A stretch of 64,000 nucleotides of DNA from positions 12,148 through 76,147 of IMG/VR virus record IMGVR_UViG_3300045993_000562; one strand, 5' to 3'. Made by a program: the position numbers and the translations under genes. The DNA comes from a virus. The notes below the pieces were generated by a model. The model saw only the letters and a program-made list of their open reading frames with translations. It was not told the origin of the DNA and did not search any database. Below, piece after piece: positions 1-8,813 of this stretch; within the stretch, counting starts at the first letter, position 1, and each line of letters starts with the position of its first letter.

Positions 1-218
1 TCTTCTTTAAGGTCAGTATAGTTAACATGTTCTATTATCTCAAACAGAACATCTAAGTCCCCGAAGTCTGGCTTGCTAGAGTAACTTCTAATAGGGTTAA
101 TCCTAGCATTTCTAAAGTTTAAGCCCCTGAGGATAGGGACAACATCAAAGACTATCTTTTCGTAATCCACTGCTGAGACACGCCTCGTCTCACAGTTCTT
201 AAGTGCATTCCCACCCAT
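1..218 (-). CDS. Partial (runs off window) phage protein with Pol-beta-type nucleotidyltransferase motif
   Basis: Manual translation from ATG 218: MGGNALKNCETRR...SYSSKPDFGDLDVLF; GDxD NTase motif; GAGG RBS upstream. Confidence 0.6.
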   Translation of the reverse strand, partial: MGGNALKNCETRRVSAVDYEKIVFDVVPILRGLNFRNARINPIRSYSSKPDFGDLDVLFEIIEHVNYTDLKE

Positions 219-246
219 TATTGGTACCTCTAGGTTTGGTTGAATT

Positions 247-293
247 TGGAGCGGGATAAGAGACTCGAGCTCTACCAACTGAGTTAATCCCGC
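247..293 (-). pseudogene. Internally deleted tRNA (Gly-like body) lacking the anticodon arm
   Basis: GCGGGAT/ATCCCGC acceptor + TCCA; D-arm ACTCAGTTGGTAGAG joined directly to TCGAGTCTCTT; only 47 nt. Confidence 0.75.
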
Positions 294-304
294 ATTGATT
301 GAAA

Positions 305-763
305 CTAAGATTTGTTACGTATTGAAGTCCAACGGTCTTTAACATCCAGAAAAACCAACATAAACTTGTTAGTTAGTAATTCCACCCGTATCATTAGAAT
401 GTTAGTCACGTATATTATGGCCGGTACTAACGCCCAGTATATCAGGGAATACACTGACTTAGTTTCAAATACTATAGAACACGCCCCTAGAACTGCAGCT
501 ATACCCATTAACAATATAGGGAGTCTGATCAGGGCTAAACTCAGATTGTAAACCAGCCCATAGGTAGGGTTAGGGTTTTGTTCTATTAGTATAGCTATGT
601 ACGACGGGGTTAAGATGCTGATAAGTATCACCCCCCTATAACCTAGGTGATCCATAACCACGTGGAACACCGTATATCCCGCTAAGGTTATTAGGTATAT
701 ACCAATAGCGAATACAGTAAAAAGTAAAGTCATGGCGACTTTAGAGGGTTTTATTGACGGCAT
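305..763 (-). CDS. Hypothetical membrane protein
   Basis: 152 aa, about 4 hydrophobic segments. Confidence 0.6.
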   Translation of the reverse strand: MPSIKPSKVAMTLLFTVFAIGIYLITLAGYTVFHVVMDHLGYRGVILISILTPSYIAILIEQNPNPTYGLVYNLSLALIRLPILLMGIAAVLGACSIVFETKSVYSLIYWALVPAIIYVTNILMIRVELLTNKFMLVFLDVKDRWTSIRNKS

Positions 764-782
764 ATATTCTCACTTAAACTAT

Positions 783-861
783 TGGGGGGCCAGATAGGAC
801 TCGAACCTATATTGATCCAGTTACACGGCTACCGCTTAGAAGGCGGTTGTGATACTGACCC
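783..861 (-). tRNA. Atypical tRNA-Arg(TCT)-like RNA without a canonical D-arm
   Basis: Acceptor GGGTCAG/CTGGCCC + C-CCA; anticodon arm ACCGC-CTTCTAA-GCGGT; T-arm ATAGG-TTCGAGT-CCTAT; only 7 nt between acceptor and anticodon stems. Confidence 0.75.
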
Positions 862-876
862 ATACTCCAGGGTAGT

Positions 877-1104
877 TTAACCTTTAAGTAGCGCTATCTT
901 ACGACATTTAACCGTGAAGACCGGGATTCTACCGATCTCTCTATGAATGAACTTATCTTTACTGATGTCCCGATTCCTGGGACCTATCTTAATCAGATGT
1001 TGCACTTTCTTTTCAGCTTGTCGTTCTGCGTCACGGTGCTCCAACTCTTTACCAAACACCTTTGCTACCGCACGTCCGAACAATCCCATTTTATTCTTAT
1101 GCAT
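877..1104 (-). CDS. Hypothetical protein
   Basis: 75 aa, GGGAG RBS, downstream of a phage promoter motif. Confidence 0.6.
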   Translation of the reverse strand: MHKNKMGLFGRAVAKVFGKELEHRDAERQAEKKVQHLIKIGPRNRDISKDKFIHREIGRIPVFTVKCRKIALLKG

Positions 1105-1153
1105 AAAAAACTCCCGTTGAGTTAAGTTAAGTTGCAGTGTTTACTGCACTTTT

Positions 1154-1182
1154 CTTATACCAATTAATGGGAGTTAAATTGA
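1154..1182 (-). promoter_or_regulatory. Phage-type promoter TCAA-N16/17-GGTATAAG (first of about 17 copies)
   Basis: Intergenic CTTATACC on + strand at 1154, 5978, 10621, 14584, 17330, 24652, 27044, 32548, 37966, 40083, 41587, 52809, 57730, 58423, 60884 (GTTATACC at 34926, 48153), mostly followed 16-17 nt later by TTGA/TTTA. Confidence 0.8.
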
Positions 1183-1210
1183 GCTAAAAAGAGGGTCCAG
1201 CCTCTTTATA

Positions 1211-1627
1211 CTACCACCTACCGCTAGTCTTAACCAGCGAAGGTTTTAGTAAGAGTTCATCAGAGAAGACGATGGTTTTAATACCCCGCTCAGTGAAGTA
1301 TTCCTCAGTCATACCCATACGAGTAAGGTAATGCTGTGGGAGAATAACTACGTCGTCACCAACCTTGTCGTACTTATCGAACACAAGCTTCATGTCGTTA
1401 ATCATGTATTGTGGTACTACGTCGTCATCTGCTTGCATCTCTTCCACTTCTACAACTATATCCACGGGATCCAATGGATGTCCGTAAGCCATATCTACTG
1501 CACCCATAATGTTTCTATCCACCCACTCATCCATAGTGTCCCTTACGTAAGCTAGTCTGAAACTAAACCAGTCACGTATTGCCACATAGTATTGGGAAAG
1601 CGGCCACGCAGATGGCGTCTGCTTCAT
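1211..1627 (-). CDS. Hypothetical protein
   Basis: 138 aa ORF in operon; start uncertain. Confidence 0.55.
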   Translation of the reverse strand: MKQTPSAWPLSQYYVAIRDWFSFRLAYVRDTMDEWVDRNIMGAVDMAYGHPLDPVDIVVEVEEMQADDDVVPQYMINDMKLVFDKYDKVGDDVVILPQHYLTRMGMTEEYFTERGIKTIVFSDELLLKPSLVKTSGRW

Positions 1628-2120
1628 GATTATTCACTCCTTTCTCTAATTTATCTAATCCTAATATACACGCTGCTGCGGCCATACTGAATTTTTTGTC
1701 AAGTAGCCCTGACGAACTTGGATTATCGAACCCCCTAGTCTTTACTAGGGTTTTTACCAAGGCAGTTTTCCACTCTATAGATCTTACTAATAAAACGCTA
1801 GGATCACTTTGGTTACTGTTAATTTTACCACGATAGTGTAAGATACCCAGTATGGATCCGACTAAAATATTAATATCTTCTGCAACACTTGGAGAGGTTC
1901 CCCCGAAAGACACAAATCTTTCTAAAGTTACATAGTGAATGTCTTTACCCTCAGTGAAGGTGTTACATATGTAATCCGCACATGCTGACATGCTGGTAAA
2001 GGATGAAGTATCTAGAGTTTCTGCCTTAACCAATGAAAAGGTTTTATCCTCATTAATCCTAAGTAGGGATATCCCACAATTAGTTTTACCGGGATCTACC
2101 CCTAAACACATTTTTATCAT
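1572..2120 (-). CDS. RuvC-like Holliday junction resolvase
   Basis: LGVDPGKTNCG, central TLE, C-terminal NNHEADAI: RuvC acidic residues. Confidence 0.8.
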   Translation of the reverse strand: MIKMCLGVDPGKTNCGISLLRINEDKTFSLVKAETLDTSSFTSMSACADYICNTFTEGKDIHYVTLERFVSFGGTSPSVAEDINILVGSILGILHYRGKINSNQSDPSVLLVRSIEWKTALVKTLVKTRGFDNPSSSGLLDKKFSMAAAACILGLDKLEKGVNNHEADAICVAAFPILCGNT

Positions 2121-2195
2121 ATAATGTACCTATACTGTGATAAAAGGGGGACCTCATCAAATATGAAGAGGTATCACTTGGATAAGTGTAAGTCC

Positions 2196-2426
2196 CTACT
2201 TACTAGCCCCATTAATCCTATTCAACACTTGTAACCTCTCATGTGGCTCATATAGAGTCCACTCAGTTATTTCATCGCTTGTTCGCAGACAGCCCTCACA
2301 TACTCCACCTCTCAACACACACCTACCTTGACAAGGAGAATCCTCCCTACCAAGTGATAATAGGTTTATAGGAGGCAGTTCCAGGTCTGGCCAGGCTATA
2401 GAATTAGCCGCATTTGCTGCTTCCAC
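2196..2426 (-). CDS. Small Cys-rich DUF1289-like protein (start uncertain)
   Basis: SPCQGRC...VCEGCLRTSDEITEW...ERLQVL pattern. Confidence 0.6.
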   Translation of the reverse strand: MEAANAANSIAWPDLELPPINLLSLGREDSPCQGRCVLRGGVCEGCLRTSDEITEWTLYEPHERLQVLNRINGASK

Positions 2427-5013
2427 AGTCTGCGCACTTCTGGCATCCTTCGCTGTAGATAATGTTACTAGATTCGCATACCTCACACTTTTGACCCTCC
2501 GCTTTCTCACCATCTTTAATAAGGGTAGATAGGAACTTCTTAATTTGGAATAGGAAAGATCCCACAAAGATATCCTCCACCTGATCCAGGGTATGAACAA
2601 TGTTCCTTATCAGAATACCATGTCTTAGACACATGCTTATAACTCTGGCTATCTTAGTGGCATTACTATCTGCCCCGCTCTTATCCATTGTTGCCTCAAT
2701 GTGTCGTTCGGGAATACCCTTACGTCTAGCTAGCTCTACTAAGTGCTCCATAGCACCAGTAGTAGTTACACTCTTTTCATGGCTATTGGTGTGCACAAAT
2801 AATGCGAAAGGTCTAGTCTGTTCCTCATTCCAGATAATCGTCAAGTACCACTTACGATCTTCTGCTTTAAGGATCTTCATAGTTGCAGGGGAGCTATCAG
2901 GCAACTTAACATCACTAAGGATTATCTCCTCATCAGTAGATTCAGCGTTAAGCTCATCTTTAGCAGCCAATACTGAGGTCATAGTTCCAGACCGGTAGGT
3001 AGTTACGCCCTTCACATAATTAGACTTATACGCATCTAAGTAGATGTCACCAAAGGATGTGAACGGATACTCATTAGGCACGTTAACCGTCTTGCTCATA
3101 GCGGAATCAATCCACTTAGCAAATCCGGTCAGGTCATTGACGTGGTCGTTTACTGACATACTAACAGTGGTAGCTGCCCAGTCTGCCGTAGGATCCCACT
3201 CACCAATACGCTTCATGAATCGGACTCCGTAGTCCTCACACAGAACCTCTTTAGTTAATCCGCGGTTCTTGTCTATCTTATAAACAATCCCATTAGGGTC
3301 AATACCACGGAGGATTTCCTCATCACCCTCTTTTGCAAGTTTGAACATCTCTGTCTCAAACCACTCCCCCTCAAACCACCTAGGGGTTACTTTAGATATG
3401 TGATCTGGCATAGCGTTAACTATAACAGTGCGGATATACTCATGCATGAAAACCGGCTCTAAACCTCCGGACACTACGTTTGCAAATATGGAAGTGTTTC
3501 CAGTAGGCTGTATAGACAGTAGAGAGCTGTTGCGGATACCAGTCTTTCCCATTCTATCCAATACTGATTGAGGTAGTCCTAGACTCTTAACAAAAGCCCC
3601 GGCTACGTGTTTCTCAGGTTGACATAATGGGAACATGCCTTTTTCTTCTGCAAGGGTTACGGAATACGTGTAGGAGGTTTGGGCTATAGTCCTCATAAGG
3701 TCTTCACGAATAGTGTTTGCTTTTTCAGACCCCAGTCTCGTCTTGAGCATATACAATGCTGAGCCCCACCCAAGAATACCAACCCCAATGCGTCTTTTGT
3801 TGCGCATGGAGAACTCGTACTCAGGTAATGGAGCCTTAGATAAATCACTTACGTTATCTAAGAATCTTACCAGGTATTCAGTGTACATCTTTACTTTTTC
3901 CAGATCAAAACCAGTTCTTGTGTTGTTCAAGAAGTGTACAAGGTTTAGTGAACCCAAGTTACATACGTTGCCTGGGGACAATGTTTGCTCTCCGCAAGGA
4001 TTCGTAGCAAATATGGTTTCTAGGTAATTCAAAGGGCCATAGTAATTAGCACGGTCAAGGAACAATATACCAGGTTCCGCCCTATTGTAGGTGGACTCCA
4101 TGATCAGGTTCCACAACCACTTTACAGAAACCGTGTTATGGATAACCACAGGATATCCTTTAGATTTCCACAGGCCTATATCCCCGTTCCACTCTTGTTT
4201 ATACTTTTCAAAAGTAGTTTCAGGGAACATTAAGTCCCACTTATCTAATTCCTGGATTTCTGCTGCACTATCGTTTACGCTAGATTCAAGTTCAGAAATA
4301 CGTACCACTCTATCCATGAACTCATCCGTACAATTAACGGAGATATTAAACTTAGACAGGCGGCCGGGTTGCTGTTTAGCAGTAATGAATTCTACAAGGT
4401 CAGGGTGCCAGCAGTCTAAAACTCCCATCATTGCGCCTTTACGGATCTTACCCTTAGCTCTTTTATTTGAAGATTTCTTACCAGACCCAGAGGTGATGAT
4501 ATCGGAAGCCCTATCAAACAGCTCCATGTACTTAACTGCCCCGGGGGACTCAACTCCAATACCATGAATGAAGGATCCTCTAGGACGTATGTAGCTAAAG
4601 TTCTCCCCCCAGCCACCCTCTGATTTAAGGGTGTTAGCCTGATCATTCAGAGTCTTCATTATGTTGTTAAGGGAGTCAATATCGTGTGAGGCCCTTGGAG
4701 CAACATAACAATTCATAAGAGTAGTAGACTTCCACTCAGTTCCCGCGTTAGCATAAATGCGTCCGCCAGAAGTGGCTTTGAATCCACTAAGTAGGTCGTA
4801 GAACTTATCCGTCCACTCCCTCTGTAAATCTGATGTTTTTTCCATTGATGCGACGGCGGTGGCTACTCGCAACATCGTATCATTTACATCTTTATCGTTG
4901 TGGTCTTTATAAGTAGAGGCCCAGATTTCTTCTGAGAATCCGTCTTCAAAAACTGTTTGTGAAGTTGATTGTACTGCCTGAGTTGTATCTCGTTGTTCTA
5001 TTATCATTTCCAT
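2404..5013 (-). CDS. nrdJ: Ribonucleotide reductase, class II (adenosylcobalamin-dependent)
   Basis: SGGRI, MNCYV, TNPCGEQ, QPTGNTS, KGVTTYR motifs; C-terminal CxxC...CxxCGxSKC tail; no adjacent beta subunit. Confidence 0.88.
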   Translation of the reverse strand: MEMIIEQRDTTQAVQSTSQTVFEDGFSEEIWASTYKDHNDKDVNDTMLRVATAVASMEKTSDLQREWTDKFYDLLSGFKATSGGRIYANAGTEWKSTTLMNCYVAPRASHDIDSLNNIMKTLNDQANTLKSEGGWGENFSYIRPRGSFIHGIGVESPGAVKYMELFDRASDIITSGSGKKSSNKRAKGKIRKGAMMGVLDCWHPDLVEFITAKQQPGRLSKFNISVNCTDEFMDRVVRISELESSVNDSAAEIQELDKWDLMFPETTFEKYKQEWNGDIGLWKSKGYPVVIHNTVSVKWLWNLIMESTYNRAEPGILFLDRANYYGPLNYLETIFATNPCGEQTLSPGNVCNLGSLNLVHFLNNTRTGFDLEKVKMYTEYLVRFLDNVSDLSKAPLPEYEFSMRNKRRIGVGILGWGSALYMLKTRLGSEKANTIREDLMRTIAQTSYTYSVTLAEEKGMFPLCQPEKHVAGAFVKSLGLPQSVLDRMGKTGIRNSSLLSIQPTGNTSIFANVVSGGLEPVFMHEYIRTVIVNAMPDHISKVTPRWFEGEWFETEMFKLAKEGDEEILRGIDPNGIVYKIDKNRGLTKEVLCEDYGVRFMKRIGEWDPTADWAATTVSMSVNDHVNDLTGFAKWIDSAMSKTVNVPNEYPFTSFGDIYLDAYKSNYVKGVTTYRSGTMTSVLAAKDELNAESTDEEIILSDVKLPDSSPATMKILKAEDRKWYLTIIWNEEQTRPFALFVHTNSHEKSVTTTGAMEHLVELARRKGIPERHIEATMDKSGADSNATKIARVISMCLRHGILIRNIVHTLDQVEDIFVGSFLFQIKKFLSTLIKDGEKAEGQKCEVCESSNIIYSEGCQKCADCGSSKCG

Positions 5014-5125
5014 CTCGTTATTATTATGTGGGTACTTCTACTACCAAAAACATACCAGAATTTTTCAGTGAACTGTTATGTTAATACAAATTTATCTAAA
5101 AAACAAGGTTTTAAAATCCAATGAA

Positions 5126-5155
5126 ATCAACAGGATGCGTGTAACATCCTGTTGA
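5126..5155 (-). terminator. Hairpin, likely intrinsic terminator
   Basis: TCAACAGGATG-CGTGTAA-CATCCTGTTGA inverted repeat after ORF 5171. Confidence 0.55.
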
Positions 5156-5170
5156 CATTGAAGAAAATAT

Positions 5171-5545
5171 TTAGCTAATTACGATTGTTCCAGAATCGTT
5201 AGTTGCTTCTACTTCTGCTGACTCACCCTCTTCGTTCACTGGAGTAGCGTTGAAATCCGGGTTTGAAGCCCAAAGCCATTTACCAGCCGTACGTTGAGTT
5301 TTGTCCAAAGTTTCCGAAGGACAACTACTTCTCATGATAATGTTACATGAATCTACACGTGAATCCCTACAGTAACACATGCGGGTTCTAATCCAGCGAG
5401 GCCTGCCGTATCTATCCTCGACAGGATTTGAAGGGGCGTTGAGTTCCTTCTTTGACATAACAGGGTTAACCATTATTATCTCTTGATCAATCTCATCTAC
5501 GCCTTCTACTATGCGGTCGATGAATTCTGCAGTTTCTTCAGACAT
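5171..5545 (-). CDS. Hypothetical protein
   Basis: 124 aa, AGGAG RBS. Confidence 0.65.
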   Translation of the reverse strand: MSEETAEFIDRIVEGVDEIDQEIIMVNPVMSKKELNAPSNPVEDRYGRPRWIRTRMCYCRDSRVDSCNIIMRSSCPSETLDKTQRTAGKWLWASNPDFNATPVNEEGESAEVEATNDSGTIVIS

Positions 5546-5998
5546 GCGTACTCCTGGTTAAGTTAAAAATCTAATGCCTTTTCTCATCATGCCTTATGCA
5601 CATCTCGAGCACGGCCCGGACAACCCCTAGGTTGGTAGGGACGTTCTCAGCTGATGTGCGCAATCCAAGTATAGAGTAGCTCTATACGACGTGCGTACAC
5701 GTACAAAATACAAAAGGTGAAACTTTGAAACTTGTGTGTATACTGATTTCCGATAGGAAATTGGTTTAGCTCTTCGAAGCTTATCAATAGTATAAGTACT
5801 AATAGATCTCGAGCTCGCTCTCCACCTGCTGCTACCAATGACGAAGGAAATTGGTAGTGCTTTGATGAAGAGTGGTAACCGTAAAGTGTAACACTTCACT
5901 CACCACCGATACCTTTAACACCACTAGTCGAAACTATGGGCCTTAGATAAGTGGATATATACTATACTCACAAATTTCTTATACCGCAAATATTCGTA

Positions 5999-6253
5999 TT
6001 ATTGAGATGGTTGCAACGGGTGTCTATGATTGAAATCACCCTTGGCCTCATGTTTCTGGTAAAAGTCAATCATCTTTGAAATGACCTTCTCTCCGTCAAA
6101 GACCCGACGTAGTAAGGACTGAGAAGCACCCTTGTGCCCACGCTCTTCGATGAATGAGCAGTATTGACTCAGGTAGTCAAAGCACTCCGGTCGTAAAATT
6201 TCTCCAGTGTCTCCATCTACTAGACACTTCTCTTTTAAGTTCACATGAATCAT
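5999..6253 (-). CDS. Hypothetical protein
   Basis: 84 aa, AAGGAG RBS. Confidence 0.6.
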   Translation of the reverse strand: MIHVNLKEKCLVDGDTGEILRPECFDYLSQYCSFIEERGHKGASQSLLRRVFDGEKVISKMIDFYQKHEAKGDFNHRHPLQPSQ

Positions 6254-6332
6254 GTTATCTCCTTTCAGTTAGTTTTAGTGTTACCTAGTCAAACCCCTGA
6301 GTAAACAAGGGCCTGACGAAGTGCACTTACTG

Positions 6333-8813
6333 TTACAAACGTGGATCCAGACCTTTTTCCTTACCCAGCTCAGCAATCATCTTAACCATGAGTTCGGTTC
6401 TACGTTCACCTTTGTCGCTCAGCAAAGCCAAGGTCAATTCGTGCTCCTTGATAGAAGTACGCATTTTACCATTAGTTTTTTTCTGTTCGCAAAGCTTATC
6501 GTAACGTAGCCAAAAATCATAACCGTAGACAATTGTGAGGTAGGATTTGTTCCGAACCTTCATGTACGGTGCAACTTCCGGCTTGTAGTAACGAGGCTTA
6601 ACTACGATGCCCTCCATACCTTCGGCTGTAGTCTTCTTATTGAAGAACTCCTGAGCTTCCAGCAAACCTACTGCAGTGTTTACAACGATAAACTCATCGT
6701 CAGAGACCTTGCTGTAAGCCTCATCTGCACTCATGGTTGTAACCTGCTCCACCCCATCAATACTAAGTATTGAGAATGGTTTAGCGTGAGGCTCCCCAAC
6801 TTCCCCATACAACGCCAACTGTTGAAAGAAGACATTGAGGAACTCTTGACGTTCATCCAGTTTCAACTCTTTATGCAACGTGAGTTTAGCTAGCTCTTCA
6901 TCATGATCCAAATCAGTCAGCTCATTGAGAACCAGATCACCGTAAGCCTGAAAGTCTCTATTAATGAGACCAGCACCCAGTAGAGACCAAGGCATCAGCT
7001 CACAGTCTAGGATCAACTCGCTTTTCCAGAAGTCTAGTTTAACGAATTTATCGAAGGCGTCACTGATCAGCTTCTGAATACCATCCTGGTGAACTACATA
7101 CCCATTACGAGACACAGCGAAAGACTTCTCAGGAGTATCACGATACAGATAGAGTTGGCCACGAGAGCCCATGTACTTAGGCTCAATGACAACCTCCTCA
7201 ACACCGTAGTCCTTGAAGTACTTCAATGCCTCTTCTAGGGACTCGATGTCATCCTTGGTAGAACGAGCCGGAGCCATTGTACCAGACACGTACTGCACTC
7301 GTGAGTTTTCCAACCTGCGCAGAGTCTTCAAGTCGTCATCCGACAAGTCATACTGTTTCAAACTGAACTCTTGTTCCACTTTGATCGGAGTTACTGCATC
7401 GGTACGAAGAGCCTTTTCCTCGTACTCAAACAGTTTTTCACAATCAACTTGAATCAAACGGTCTTGTTCAGCCATGATCACCATTGCCGATAACTTACCT
7501 CCGTAGACGGCACCAGTATCCAGCATATACTTGTTCTTATAGTTGATCCGCTGAGAACAATGAGCTACATGGCCCATTATGTGCATAGGGTGGTTACCCT
7601 TAGCTTCAGTGAATAAGAACTCATAATGAGGGCGGGCATCATCAGCCATAAACCTACGCAAGTTACGTTGTTCACGTTGGGCGAAGTCTGACACCTTGCC
7701 GATGAACTCGTTCTTGCATGGTGCGTGAGTTACGTACACGGTTGGAGCGTTGATACGAGTTAGCTTCAAGTAAGGTACGGAACGTGCCCATATCTCTACC
7801 ACCTTATCAGCGTACTCTTGGTTTTCCGGCTTGAGCAAGAATCCTAATGAACTGAAGGATTTAGCTTCTAAGTCCAAGTTGGGATCAATCTCACCGAGGA
7901 TACGTTTCACAACGTAGTTCTCATGATTGGCACGCACTACTATGGCACCCCTGGCGTTTACCAGAGTCCACACCGTGTCAACTATCTCCTTAGTGAAACC
8001 ACCTTTGTCCAAGTAGTCACCGATCAGTACTATACGCACATTGTCATGAGTATAGGTTGAGTCTACAATCCGTAACATATCCATCAGAGCGGTGTTATGT
8101 TCGTGGACGTCACCTACTATCACAAACGTATCATCACCCTCCAGAGTGTAGTTAGGTAACATGGCCAACCCGTTAGAATCAACGGTTACAACAAAGCCGC
8201 CTTCCACGTTAGGACTCTGATTGATACGATGACGCATACGATATACAGCGTCGTAGTCTTTAGAACGGGTAGATGGCATCACCTCAGTCTTGAATCGTTT
8301 TGCTTGAGCTGCAATAACAACACGATACTTGTGCTCACGGCCTTCCGGTATAGCGTCATAAAACTCAGAATGAGGCAGGTCAAACAGGACTAGTTGCACA
8401 TGGTAACATGCATCCTTGGCAATCCTAGATACTTCATTGCGGAACCAAGGATCCAATCCCGTCGTGTCCACAATGACGTATGGAGTATTGACGGGGAAAG
8501 AGGTGAAGGCCTTTAACTCTGCGAACAGAAGTTGGAAAGCTTGCTCAGACAGTTCCTGCATCTCAGTAGTACAATAACTAGGGGTTTCCTTACCGGTAAG
8601 CACACTGCGGTAAGCATCACTAGTAAGAACAGAGACTGGACGCAGGCCTACCTTAATCTCATTAAACAGCTTCAGATATCCCTTCTCCAACTCAGCCGCC
8701 AAGTTCCAAGCGAATGTAGTCTTACCACAACGAGAAGGTCCAGCCAGAATGAACACCGTGTTTAATGGCGCTGAGATCTGAACTTGACTCTTTTTCAAAG
8801 CAACGGCGGTCAT
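6333..8813 (-). CDS. pnkp: Polynucleotide kinase-phosphatase-ligase (bacterial-type Pnkp)
   Basis: P-loop GPSRCGKTT; metallophosphoesterase GDVH/GDYLDKG/NHE; ligase EPKYMGSR, EGIVVKP, KVR; C-terminal DPRL. Confidence 0.92.
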   Translation of the reverse strand: MTAVALKKSQVQISAPLNTVFILAGPSRCGKTTFAWNLAAELEKGYLKLFNEIKVGLRPVSVLTSDAYRSVLTGKETPSYCTTEMQELSEQAFQLLFAELKAFTSFPVNTPYVIVDTTGLDPWFRNEVSRIAKDACYHVQLVLFDLPHSEFYDAIPEGREHKYRVVIAAQAKRFKTEVMPSTRSKDYDAVYRMRHRINQSPNVEGGFVVTVDSNGLAMLPNYTLEGDDTFVIVGDVHEHNTALMDMLRIVDSTYTHDNVRIVLIGDYLDKGGFTKEIVDTVWTLVNARGAIVVRANHENYVVKRILGEIDPNLDLEAKSFSSLGFLLKPENQEYADKVVEIWARSVPYLKLTRINAPTVYVTHAPCKNEFIGKVSDFAQREQRNLRRFMADDARPHYEFLFTEAKGNHPMHIMGHVAHCSQRINYKNKYMLDTGAVYGGKLSAMVIMAEQDRLIQVDCEKLFEYEEKALRTDAVTPIKVEQEFSLKQYDLSDDDLKTLRRLENSRVQYVSGTMAPARSTKDDIESLEEALKYFKDYGVEEVVIEPKYMGSRGQLYLYRDTPEKSFAVSRNGYVVHQDGIQKLISDAFDKFVKLDFWKSELILDCELMPWSLLGAGLINRDFQAYGDLVLNELTDLDHDEELAKLTLHKELKLDERQEFLNVFFQQLALYGEVGEPHAKPFSILSIDGVEQVTTMSADEAYSKVSDDEFIVVNTAVGLLEAQEFFNKKTTAEGMEGIVVKPRYYKPEVAPYMKVRNKSYLTIVYGYDFWLRYDKLCEQKKTNGKMRTSIKEHELTLALLSDKGERRTELMVKMIAELGKEKGLDPRL

